In this document: one piece after another, positions 50,604-59,871 of the stretch
Layout: each line of letters begins with the position of its first letter
How positions within the stretch are numbered: position 1 is the first letter of the stretch
Origin: Bacteroidales bacterium
GTDB taxonomy: Bacteria; Bacteroidota; Bacteroidia; Bacteroidales; UBA12077
Assembly: GCA_030611105.1 (NCBI GenBank)
Contig: JAUWQL010000004.1
Location: 867 to 64,866, forward strand
DNA length: 64,000 bases
Reading direction: 5' to 3'
Notes under the pieces: generated by a model
The model's input: the letters and a program-made list of their open reading frames with translations, nothing else
Database searches by the model: none
Told to the model about the DNA's origin: nothing
Made by a program: the position numbers and the translations under genes

Positions 50604-51719
50604 ATGAAAGGAAACATTTTAAAATTCGCATTATTCTTTTTGTTAATATCAATTTTTTCTTGTACAAGAGAAAACAAAAACAACAATATGAAAAAAGAAT
50701 TAAAAACCTTTATCCTGTCGAATAAAACCAATTGTTCTGTTAAAATTACAAATTTCGGGGCAAAAGTTATGTCAATAAATGTGCCTGATAAGAATGGTAA
50801 TATTGATGATGTTGTATTAAGCTACAATACTCCTGAAGAATATATTAGTGGAAATCCATACTTTGGAGCAATAATAGGACGATACGGAAACCGGATTAAT
50901 AAAGGGAAATTTGTTTTAAACAACACGGAATATTCTTTAGCTACCAACAACGGCAACAACCATCTTCATGGTGGGCCAAATGGTTTTCATAATGTAATTT
51001 GGGAGGTGGTAGAATATAAAAACGATGATGATCAACATTTTGTAAAATTCAAATATTTCAGTAAAGATGGCGAAGAAGGATATCCGGGCAATTTAACTGT
51101 TTATGTAAAATATTCATTTACCAACGAAAATGAATTAATAATTGATTATGATGCTACATGCGATAAAACTACAATTATTAATCTTACTCATCATTCATTT
51201 TTCAATCTTAAAGATGCAGGAAAATCTGATATTCTTGAACATGAGTTTAAAATTTTTGCCGACAGTTATACTCCTGTAAACAATGAACTAATTCCTACAG
51301 GACAAATACTAAAAGTAAAAGAAACTCCAATGGACTTCACTAAATTTACAACTATAGGCAAACGAATTAACGAGGAATATGTACAGCTTCAATATGGAAA
51401 AGGCTATGATCATAACTGGGTTTTAAATAAAATATCAGATTCATTAAGCTTGGCTGCAATTGTTCGTGAGCCTGTTTCGGGCAGAAAAATGGAAGTATTT
51501 ACTACAGAACCGGGATTACAATTCTACTCCGGCAACTTTCTTGATGGTTCCGATATTGGAGAAGACAGTACAAAATATAATCACAGAACTGCATTTTGTC
51601 TGGAGACACAACATTTTCCTGATTCTCCAAATCATAAAAATTTTCCATCAACAGTACTTGAGGCAGGGAAAGCATATAAACAAAAAACGATATATAAATT
51701 TTCAACCTATCTGCCCTGA
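50604..51719 (+). CDS. galM: Aldose 1-epimerase (galactose mutarotase)
   Basis: GRYGNRI, HLHGG, EEGYPG, NLTHHSFFNL, YDHNW, CLETQHFPDSPN. Confidence 0.93.
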   Translation: MKGNILKFALFFLLISIFSCTRENKNNNMKKELKTFILSNKTNCSVKITNFGAKVMSINVPDKNGNIDDVVLSYNTPEEYISGNPYFGAIIGRYGNRINKGKFVLNNTEYSLATNNGNNHLHGGPNGFHNVIWEVVEYKNDDDQHFVKFKYFSKDGEEGYPGNLTVYVKYSFTNENELIIDYDATCDKTTIINLTHHSFFNLKDAGKSDILEHEFKIFADSYTPVNNELIPTGQILKVKETPMDFTKFTTIGKRINEEYVQLQYGKGYDHNWVLNKISDSLSLAAIVREPVSGRKMEVFTTEPGLQFYSGNFLDGSDIGEDSTKYNHRTAFCLETQHFPDSPNHKNFPSTVLEAGKAYKQKTIYKFSTYLP

Positions 51720-51745
51720 CTGCCGTTAGGCAGGCGATAGGCAAG
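51706..51745 (-). repeat. Nested pair of 20-nt CCTR-hairpin elements supplying the galM stop codon
   Basis: RC cttgcctatcg[cctgcctaacggcagtcagg]gcagatagg. Confidence 0.85.
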
Positions 51746-51763
51746 ATAATTAAATAAACAATT

Positions 51764-53329
51764 ATGGATTTTGGAACTATAGATTTCATAGTATTTGCTT
51801 CGTATTTACTCCTAATAATTTTTATTGGTTTGTGGGTATCACGAACAAAAAAGGGCGAAAAGAAAACCTCGTCAGATTATTTTCTGGCAAGTAAATCGTT
51901 ACCATGGTGGGCAATTGGGGCATCGCTTATAGCAGCAAATATTTCTGCCGAGCAATTTATTGGAATGTCGGGTTCGGGATATGTTATTGGTTTAGGAATA
52001 GCTTCTTACGAATGGATGGCAGCAATTACATTAATTATTGTTGCAAAATATTTCTTACCTATATTTCTTGAAAAAGGAATTTATACCATGCCTCAATTTC
52101 TCGAATTAAGATTTGATAACAGAGTTAGAACAAGCCTTGCTGTATTTTGGTTGTTAGTTTACATTTTTGTAAATCTTACATCGGTGCTTTATTTAGGCGC
52201 ATTAGCATTACAAACCATAATTGGAGTAAAGTTAATATACGGCATTATTGGTTTGGCTCTTTTTTCGGCAATTTATTCAATTTATGGTGGATTAAAAGCA
52301 GTAGCATGGACAGATGTTGTTCAGGTAATATTCTTAATTGGAGGTGGATTAGTTACAACATATTTGGCTTTGGATTATTTAGGTGGTGAAAAAGGTGCTT
52401 TTGCCGGTTTTGGAAATTTGTTACATCAGGTTCCCGAGAAATTCGATATGATACTTGATAAGACACACTCAAATTACCCTGAATTACCGGGTATATGGGT
52501 TATATTAGGTGGTATGTGGATAGCGAATATAAGTTATTGGGGATGTAATCAATATATAATTCAACGAGCTTTAGCTGCTAAAAGCCTTAAAGAAGCACAA
52601 AGAGGCTTAGTTTTTTCGGGATTTTTGAAGATAATTATTCCATTAATTGTTGTAATACCTGGTATTGCAGCTTTTGCACTTAATGCCGACATTACAAAAC
52701 CCGATGAGGCGTATCCATGGTTATTAGACACTTTTGTTGTATCAGGACTAAAAGGATTAGCATTTGCTGCTCTGATTGCAGCTGTAGTATCGTCATTAAG
52801 CTCGATGATAAACAGTACTTCTACGATTTTTACAATGGATATCTATAAAAATTATTTCAATAAAAATGCTTCTGAAACAAACCTGGTTACAACAGGTAGA
52901 ATTACAAGCGGAGCAGCGTTATTAGTAGCTGTATTAGTCGCCCCACAACTTGTAACACTCGAACAGGCATTTCAATTTATTCAGGAATTTACCGGTTTTG
53001 TAAGTCCCGGAATTGTTGCAATATTTATTGTAGGATTATTCTGGAAAAGAGCAACATCAAATTCAGTTCTTTGGGCAGCACTAACAACAGTTCCATTATC
53101 GTTTGGATTTAAATTTTTAACTCCCGATATGGCATTTCTTAACAGAATGGGATTTGTATTTCTTATTTTATTGGCTATAATATTTTTCATTTCAATAATT
53201 GAAAGCAAAACAGATGACCCTAAAGGAATAGATATTAGCAAAAAACTATTTCATACAGGTACAAAATTTAATATATCTGCAATAGGTATTTTAATTATTT
53301 TATCTGTTTTATATACTTTATTTTGGTAA
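51764..53329 (+). CDS. Sodium/sugar symporter (SSS family)
   Basis: DYFLASKSLPWW, NISAEQFIGMSG, YWGCNQYIIQRALAAK. Confidence 0.93.
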   Translation: MDFGTIDFIVFASYLLLIIFIGLWVSRTKKGEKKTSSDYFLASKSLPWWAIGASLIAANISAEQFIGMSGSGYVIGLGIASYEWMAAITLIIVAKYFLPIFLEKGIYTMPQFLELRFDNRVRTSLAVFWLLVYIFVNLTSVLYLGALALQTIIGVKLIYGIIGLALFSAIYSIYGGLKAVAWTDVVQVIFLIGGGLVTTYLALDYLGGEKGAFAGFGNLLHQVPEKFDMILDKTHSNYPELPGIWVILGGMWIANISYWGCNQYIIQRALAAKSLKEAQRGLVFSGFLKIIIPLIVVIPGIAAFALNADITKPDEAYPWLLDTFVVSGLKGLAFAALIAAVVSSLSSMINSTSTIFTMDIYKNYFNKNASETNLVTTGRITSGAALLVAVLVAPQLVTLEQAFQFIQEFTGFVSPGIVAIFIVGLFWKRATSNSVLWAALTTVPLSFGFKFLTPDMAFLNRMGFVFLILLAIIFFISIIESKTDDPKGIDISKKLFHTGTKFNISAIGILIILSVLYTLFW

Positions 53330-53385
53330 AACAAGTAACCTATAATAACGCAGAAGTTTGCATTTTTAGAGGTTGCCATAATTTT

Positions 53386-54540
53386 ATGATAAAAGAAAAA
53401 ATTTACAAGCAATTTAAAGCAAAATTCGAAGGTGAACCAATAATGGTAGAGTCGCCGGGAAGAATAAATCTTATAGGTGAACATACTGATTATAACGATG
53501 GATTTGTTCTCCCTGCTGCTATAGATAAATACATTTATATAGCAATAAATAAATCTGAAGATAATTCGTGCAATGTATTTTCATGCGATTTTAATGAATC
53601 TGTTACATTTCAGATAGATACGCAACAGAAATCTGAAAAACACTGGGCAAATTATTTAATAGGTGTTATTAATGAAATTGGTAACAGAGGAAAAAAGTTA
53701 AATGGTTTCAATCTTGTTTTTGGAGGAAATATACCAATCGGTACAGGATTATCATCATCGGCTGCCTTGGAAACAGGTTTGGCTTTTGCTTTAAACAAAC
53801 TATTTAATCTGGGATTCAATACACTTGAACTAATAAAAATGTCGCAAGATGCCGAAAATAATTTTGTAGGTGTAAATTGCGGAATTATGGATCAGTTTGC
53901 TGCAATAATGGGCAAAAAAAATCATTTTGTAAAACTCGATTGCCGAAGTCTGGAATTCGAATACTTTCCTTTTAAAACCGATAACTATCAACTATTACTC
54001 TGCAATAGTAATGTTAAACATAGTTTGGTAGATTCGGAATATAACGACAGAAGACTGGAATGCGAAAAAGGAGTGAAAATATTAAGTAGGTATTTAAATA
54101 ATATTACCAAATTACGTGATGTTTCATCGGAGGAATTGGAAAACCATAAGGCAGATTTTCCCATAAGTACATACGAGAAATGCTCTTATGTAATCGAAGA
54201 AAACTCAAGACTAATCGAAGCGTGCGAGCAACTAAACAATAAAAACTTAAGCTATGTCGGGAAGTTGATGTATGAAACTCACGAGGGTTTAAAAAATAAA
54301 TATAAAGTAAGTTGTAGCGAACTTGACTTTCTTGTCGATTTTACAAAACAATACAATGAAATACCAGGCTCAAGAATGATGGGTGGAGGATTTGGAGGTT
54401 GTACTATTAATCTCATAAACAAAGATTTTAAGAAAGATTTTATTCAGCTAATTTCTGAAGCATATAAAGAGAAATTTAATATCGAAGCCGAATTTTATAA
54501 TATTAATATTGTTGATGGCACAAGAATAATCGAAATATAG
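53386..54540 (+). CDS. galK: Galactokinase
   Basis: PGRINLIGEHTDYN, PIGTGLSSSAA, CGIMDQ, GSRMMGGGFGGC. Confidence 0.95.
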   Translation: MIKEKIYKQFKAKFEGEPIMVESPGRINLIGEHTDYNDGFVLPAAIDKYIYIAINKSEDNSCNVFSCDFNESVTFQIDTQQKSEKHWANYLIGVINEIGNRGKKLNGFNLVFGGNIPIGTGLSSSAALETGLAFALNKLFNLGFNTLELIKMSQDAENNFVGVNCGIMDQFAAIMGKKNHFVKLDCRSLEFEYFPFKTDNYQLLLCNSNVKHSLVDSEYNDRRLECEKGVKILSRYLNNITKLRDVSSEELENHKADFPISTYEKCSYVIEENSRLIEACEQLNNKNLSYVGKLMYETHEGLKNKYKVSCSELDFLVDFTKQYNEIPGSRMMGGGFGGCTINLINKDFKKDFIQLISEAYKEKFNIEAEFYNINIVDGTRIIEI

Positions 54541-54555
54541 GATTCCATATATATA

Positions 54556-54586
54556 AGACCTTAAGGTTTTTTAAACCGTAAGGTCT
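54556..54586. repeat. Intergenic double palindrome (same architecture as 17828)
   Basis: agaccttaaggtttt-ttaaaccgtaaggtct. Confidence 0.55.
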
Positions 54587-54744
54587 AAGTTAAAATAAAA
54601 AAATCCGGTGCAGTTATAAATATTTAACTACGCCAGACTTCCTGTATTATTTAGTATTTCAAAAAACCTTATCTTTTTGGTTTAGGCTTATAAATAAAAA
54701 AAGGATGTGAAATTATTGAAGAAGTTTGAATAAAAAAGCCAGAC

Positions 54745-55146
54745 CTAAATCCAGCTGTTATAATTTCTGAAGTCGATAAAAATTTCGCTGGTTTTATTTT
54801 CTTTTACAATGAATTTCCCCTTGATTGATTTGCTGGGTTCTCCGTTATACGAATAAACTTTAACCTCATAAGTATGTACACCTGCTTCCAGTTTTTTCTT
54901 CAGTTTGAACGTGGTGTTAGTTCCTGCCTCCGGAAAATCACTGTTATTATTTAAAGATCCAAGCTTTTTTTGATCAACGTAAATATCGATATCAAAAGAA
55001 CTATTCATTATATCCTGATTCGTTTCGAAAGAAACTTCTCCGATTTTCTGATCAACCCTGCCTGCCGGACAGGCAGGCTGTTCCTCCATTTCACAACTTA
55101 GAAGCAATGTAATAAGCATTATTCCTATGAATTTTTCAGGTTTCAT
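54745..55146 (-). CDS. Hypothetical lipoprotein
   Basis: Lipobox LLSC; ECF-like promoter GCAAC-N17-CATC at 55177-55202 (minus strand). Confidence 0.72.
   Translation of the reverse strand: MKPEKFIGIMLITLLLSCEMEEQPACPAGRVDQKIGEVSFETNQDIMNSSFDIDIYVDQKKLGSLNNNSDFPEAGTNTTFKLKKKLEAGVHTYEVKVYSYNGEPSKSIKGKFIVKENKTSEIFIDFRNYNSWI
55057..55077 (-). repeat. 21-nt CCTR-hairpin element, codon-aligned in the lipoprotein (PACPAGR)
   Basis: RC cct gcc tgt ccg gca ggc agg. Confidence 0.85.
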
Positions 55147-55250
55147 TTTTTTGTAATTTTTAAATTATATTTATAAGATGTTTATATCCTTAAAAAAGTT
55201 GCTTTTAATTAAATATATCTTTTAAACATATAATTAACACCCTAAACAAA

Positions 55251-56057
55251 ATGACAAAATTTAAAGACAAAACAGTCCTGATTACTGGTAGTGCTGCCGG
55301 TATTGGGAAAATAATGGCAGAAAAAATTTTACATCTTGGAGCATCGAAAATGATTCTCTGGGATATTAATAAAGAGAATCTTGACACAACAACAAAACAG
55401 CTTAAAGAGTCAGGCTTTGATGTTTACTCGTATATTGTTGATGTATCCAATCTTGAGATAGTGAAACAAACAGCTCAAAAAGTAAAAGATGAAGTTGGTA
55501 AAGTTGATATTTTAATTAATAATGCGGGAGTTGTTGTGGGAAAATATTTTCATGAGCATTCGCACGATGATATTGACTTTTCGATGAATATAAATATATC
55601 AGCTTTAATGCATATCACTTTAGAGTTCTTAAATGATATGATTGAAAAGGGAGAAGGACATATTGTAAATATAGCATCAGCTGCTGGAATGACTGCAAAT
55701 CCGAAAATGTCGGTTTATAGCGCCAGTAAATGGGCTGCTATTGGATGGTCTGATTCTTTACGTTTGGAGTTAGAACTTATTAGTAAAAATGTAAAAGTAA
55801 CTACGGTTACTCCTTATTACATAAGCACCGGAATGTTCGATGGTGTAAAATCGCGAATAATACCTATTGTAAAACCCGAAACGGCAGCAAATAAAATTAT
55901 TAAGGCAATAAGAAAAAACAAACTGATTATTCGTATGCCATGGTTGGTTTACGTTCTTCCGTTTGTTAAAGGAATTTTGCCTGTGCGTTGGTTTGATTTT
56001 GTTGTAGGTAAAGGCTTTGGGGTTTATAAAAGCATGAACGAATTTAAAGGACATTAA
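55251..56057 (+). CDS. Short-chain dehydrogenase/reductase
   Basis: TGSAAGIG, NNAG, YSASK. Confidence 0.92.
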   Translation: MTKFKDKTVLITGSAAGIGKIMAEKILHLGASKMILWDINKENLDTTTKQLKESGFDVYSYIVDVSNLEIVKQTAQKVKDEVGKVDILINNAGVVVGKYFHEHSHDDIDFSMNINISALMHITLEFLNDMIEKGEGHIVNIASAAGMTANPKMSVYSASKWAAIGWSDSLRLELELISKNVKVTTVTPYYISTGMFDGVKSRIIPIVKPETAANKIIKAIRKNKLIIRMPWLVYVLPFVKGILPVRWFDFVVGKGFGVYKSMNEFKGH

Positions 56058-56069
56058 AAATAAATTACT

Positions 56070-57440
56070 ATGACCACATTAGAAATAATTAATCTGCAAC
56101 GAGACTATTTTTTTTCAAATAAAACAAAGTCTGTAAAATTCAGGATTGAACAACTAAAAAAGTTTCGTAAAATCCTAAAAGATAATGAATCATTGCTTTA
56201 TGATGCAATTGATAAGGATTTTGGAAAATCAAAATACGAAACATATTTAACAGAGCTTTCTTTAGTTTATCACGAAATAAATCTGGCGATTAAAAAAGTT
56301 CGTAAATGGTCACGGCCAAAATATGTATGGACTAATATGGCAAATTTTCCCGGTAAAAGCCGAATATTTTCTGAGCCATTAGGTAATTCATTAGTTATTG
56401 GAGCCTGGAATTATCCTTATCAGCTTTCACTTATACCTGCAATTACTGCTATTGCTGCGGGGAATACGGTAATAATAAAACCAAGCGAATTATCAGAGCA
56501 TACTTCAACGGTTATGAGCAAATTGATTAATGAAAACTTTGATTCGGGATTATTATATGTAAAAGAGGGAAGTGTTAAAGAAACAACCGAATTGTTAGAG
56601 CAAAGATTTGACAAAATTTTCTTTACCGGAAGTACTGCCGTAGGGCGAATTGTAATGCAGGCTGCAGCAAATCATCTTACTCCTGTTACCTTGGAACTTG
56701 GAGGTAAAAGTCCGGTATTTGTTTTGCCGGATGCCAGTTTAAAAATGACAGCCAAACGAATTGCATGGGGTAAATTTTTAAATGCAGGACAGACATGTGT
56801 CGCTCCGGATTATGTGTTGGTTCATAAGGATATTAAAGAAAAACTTTTACAAGAACTTAAAAAGCAAGTTGAGATTATTCATGGGAAAGAACCAAAAGGA
56901 AAAGAAACTTATGTTCGTATAATTAACAAACGACATTTCGATAGATTAAATGAATTAATTCATCGTGATAAAATTTATTACGGGGGTGAAACAGATGAGG
57001 AACATTTATACATTAGTCCAACCATACTTGATAATATTTCTTTTGACGATAAAGTAATGGAGGATGAAATATTTGGACCGATCCTTTCTGTAATTGAATT
57101 TGATAATTTGGATGATATTATTAAAAAAGTAAAAACAAGGCCAAATCCATTGGCATTATATGTATTTACTAAGAAAAATAAAATTAAGAAAAGACTTATT
57201 AAAGAGATTTCCTTTGGAGGCGGAACTGTGAACGATACTATTTTGCATTTATCTAATTCAAAACTCCCATTTGGTGGTAAAGGATTTAGCGGAACAGGCA
57301 ATTATCATGGTAAAGCCGGCTTCGACACTTTTAGTCACAAAAAAAGCATTCTGTTTAAAGGATTATGGTTTGAACCATTTCTAAAGTATAAGCCTTATAA
57401 TAAGTTTAAACTTAAATTATTGAAATGGATTATTGAGTAG
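56070..57440 (+). CDS. Aldehyde dehydrogenase (ALDH3-like)
   Basis: WNYP, KPSE, FTGS, LELGGKSP, NAGQTCVAPDY, EIFGP, PFGG. Confidence 0.94.
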   Translation: MTTLEIINLQRDYFFSNKTKSVKFRIEQLKKFRKILKDNESLLYDAIDKDFGKSKYETYLTELSLVYHEINLAIKKVRKWSRPKYVWTNMANFPGKSRIFSEPLGNSLVIGAWNYPYQLSLIPAITAIAAGNTVIIKPSELSEHTSTVMSKLINENFDSGLLYVKEGSVKETTELLEQRFDKIFFTGSTAVGRIVMQAAANHLTPVTLELGGKSPVFVLPDASLKMTAKRIAWGKFLNAGQTCVAPDYVLVHKDIKEKLLQELKKQVEIIHGKEPKGKETYVRIINKRHFDRLNELIHRDKIYYGGETDEEHLYISPTILDNISFDDKVMEDEIFGPILSVIEFDNLDDIIKKVKTRPNPLALYVFTKKNKIKKRLIKEISFGGGTVNDTILHLSNSKLPFGGKGFSGTGNYHGKAGFDTFSHKKSILFKGLWFEPFLKYKPYNKFKLKLLKWIIE

Positions 57441-57484
57441 TTGAATTATAAATTCAGGATGTTTAAAAAGTGAAAAAAATATTA

Positions 57485-57559
57485 AACCGCAAAGACACAA
57501 AGACGCAAAGCAAGAAATAATAAGTTCAATATACTTAGCGTCTTGGCGACTTAGCGGTT
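57485..57559. repeat. Inverted period-8 repeat between convergent genes
   Basis: aaccgcaaagacacaaagacgcaaag ... cttagcgtcttggcgacttagcggtt. Confidence 0.72.
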
Positions 57560-57571
57560 AATTATGTTTTA

Positions 57572-59665
57572 TTACTTCAATCCGTTTCTTTCTAAGAAAG
57601 CATCTAGTTTTGGTTCTGAGCCACGATATTTTTTGTAAAGCTCCATTGCTGGTTCCGTATTTCCTCTTGAGAAAATATTATCGCGTAATGATGCCGCAGT
57701 TTCCTGATCGAATAATCCTTTTTCTTTGAAAACACTAAACGCATCAGCATCTAAAACTTGTGCCCACTGGTAACTGTAATATCCTGAAGAATATCCACCA
57801 GCAAAAATATGTGCAAAATAAGGACTGCGATAACGAACAACAATCTCGTCAATCATTCCTATTTTAGTTAAAATCTCATTTTCGAATACAGTAGCATCTT
57901 TTTCAACAGCTTCATTCATTGTATGCCAATACATATCTAATAATGCAGCCGAAGTATATTCTAACACAGTAAATCCTTTATTGAATAATCCGCTATTCGA
58001 AATTTTATCGATTAATTCTTGAGGAATAACTTCACCTGTTTCATAATGCTTAGCATACATTTTCATCACTTCTGGTTCTGCAGCCCAGTTTTCCATAATT
58101 TGTGATGGTAACTCTACAAAATCTCTTGCAACAGAAGTTCCTGATAGGGAATGATACTTACACTTTGATAATAATCCATGTAAAGCATGTCCAAACTCGT
58201 GGAAAGTAGTTGTAACTTCATCAACTGATAATAAAGCTGGCATATCTCCAACAGGAGCTGTGTAGTTAAAGTTTGTAGTAATAATTGGATCAATACCTTC
58301 TGATTGTCTTCTGAACGCATCCATCCAGGCACCACTTACTTTGCTTTCACGTGGATACCAGTCCATATACAGAATTCCTAAGAAGGTTCCATCAGGATTT
58401 TGAACCTCAAAAACTTCAACATCAGGATGATATTTTGGAATATCTGTTCTTTCAACAAAATTTAATCCCCATAGTTTTGTTGCAACAGCAAAAGCTCCAT
58501 TACGAACATTATTCTTTTCAAAATAAGGACGAAGCATTTCTTCATCAAGGTCATATTTTTCTTTACGTAATTTTTCTGCATAATACCACCAATCCCAGTG
58601 TGCTAGTTTGAAATCTTCGCCTTCTTTGTCAATCATTTTTTGTAGTTCGGTTACTTCTGCTTTTGCAATAGGTAAAGCAGCATCCCACACCTTGTTTAGA
58701 AATTCAAAAACAGTTTCAGGATTTTTAGCCATATTAACATCTAAAACATATTCTGCATGGTTTTTAAATCCGAATAAATTAGCTTTCTCAACGCGTAAAG
58801 CAGCCATTCGTGATAGTATCTTTTTATTATCATATTCGTTGTTGTTATCACCACGCATAATATATGCAGTGTGTAATTTTTCTCTTAATTCACGATTCTC
58901 GGCATAAGTTAAGAATGGCAGCATACTTGGTTTATGAGTGGTAAAAATCCACTTATCCTCCATGTCTGCTTTTTTTGCAGTTTCAGCAGCAGCCTGAATA
59001 ACTGATTCCGGCAAACCAGCCAAGTCTGTCTGATTCTCAATAACCATTTTGTAATTATTCGTCTCAGCTAAAATGTTATCGCCAAATTGTAGTGTAAGTA
59101 ATGAAAGATCTTCGTTAATTGCTCTAAGCTTATCTTGTTTTTCAGTGTCAAGATTAGCTCCGCCTCTTTCAAAGTTTTTATATGAAACCTCTAGTAATCT
59201 GTTTTGTTCTGGAGTAAGGTCAAACTCATCTTTTTGTTCGTATATAGCTTTTACTTTTTTGAACAGCTGAAGGTTTAAAGAAATATCATCGCTATGTTTT
59301 GATAATAAAGGAGCTACTTTTTTTGCCACGTTTTGCATTTCATCGCTGGTTAACGAAGCATTCAAATTATTAAATGTATAATCAACCTGAGTTAAAAGTT
59401 TTCCGCTAAAGTCCAGTGCTTCAATTGTATTTTCAAAAGTTGGAACTTCAGGATTATTAACAATTGCAGCAATTTCATCATCGTGATGCTTGATTGCTTC
59501 CTGGTAAGCAGGAACAAAATGTTCAACTTTAATTAACTCAAAGGGTGGAACACCATAAGGCGTTTCAAATTTACTTAATAATGGATTTTCCATTTCAACG
59601 GGTTTTTGAGTACATGATGCAAGGAAGAGTCCAAACGCAAGTACCATTAATGTAATTTTTTTCAC
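57572..59665 (-). CDS. dcp: M3 family peptidyl-dipeptidase (lipoprotein)
   Basis: GTG start, lipobox LASC; HEFGHALH, DFVELPSQIMENW, YFAHIF.GGYSSGYYSY. Confidence 0.9.
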   Translation of the reverse strand: MKKITLMVLAFGLFLASCTQKPVEMENPLLSKFETPYGVPPFELIKVEHFVPAYQEAIKHHDDEIAAIVNNPEVPTFENTIEALDFSGKLLTQVDYTFNNLNASLTSDEMQNVAKKVAPLLSKHSDDISLNLQLFKKVKAIYEQKDEFDLTPEQNRLLEVSYKNFERGGANLDTEKQDKLRAINEDLSLLTLQFGDNILAETNNYKMVIENQTDLAGLPESVIQAAAETAKKADMEDKWIFTTHKPSMLPFLTYAENRELREKLHTAYIMRGDNNNEYDNKKILSRMAALRVEKANLFGFKNHAEYVLDVNMAKNPETVFEFLNKVWDAALPIAKAEVTELQKMIDKEGEDFKLAHWDWWYYAEKLRKEKYDLDEEMLRPYFEKNNVRNGAFAVATKLWGLNFVERTDIPKYHPDVEVFEVQNPDGTFLGILYMDWYPRESKVSGAWMDAFRRQSEGIDPIITTNFNYTAPVGDMPALLSVDEVTTTFHEFGHALHGLLSKCKYHSLSGTSVARDFVELPSQIMENWAAEPEVMKMYAKHYETGEVIPQELIDKISNSGLFNKGFTVLEYTSAALLDMYWHTMNEAVEKDATVFENEILTKIGMIDEIVVRYRSPYFAHIFAGGYSSGYYSYQWAQVLDADAFSVFKEKGLFDQETAASLRDNIFSRGNTEPAMELYKKYRGSEPKLDAFLERNGLK

Positions 59666-59871
59666 GGCTTTAAGATTTATTAAGTTTTAATATTAAATAC
59701 TGATATTTAGGTTTCAAATTTATAAAATTCTCATGAATAAAAAACCGTAATTTATTTCACCTTTATTAAATTTATCATAAAGAGCTATATTAATAAAGGC
59801 TCCAAAGAAAAGGAATATAACTACATTAAAATTAACATATATGGTGTACATTTGATCTCTTTCAAAATAAA

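Noticed and set aside
51717-51719. galM TGA followed by a hairpin as a selenocysteine or readthrough signal
   Set aside because: GalM is already complete at this point and the hairpin is explained by the inserted elements
53323-53385. Longer N-termini proposed by the ORF track (galK; also DUF4492, hydF, caspase, LTA synthase, GH127, pssA)
   Set aside because: They rely on alternative start codons that overlap neighbours or promoters; downstream ATGs match the family N-termini or signal peptides
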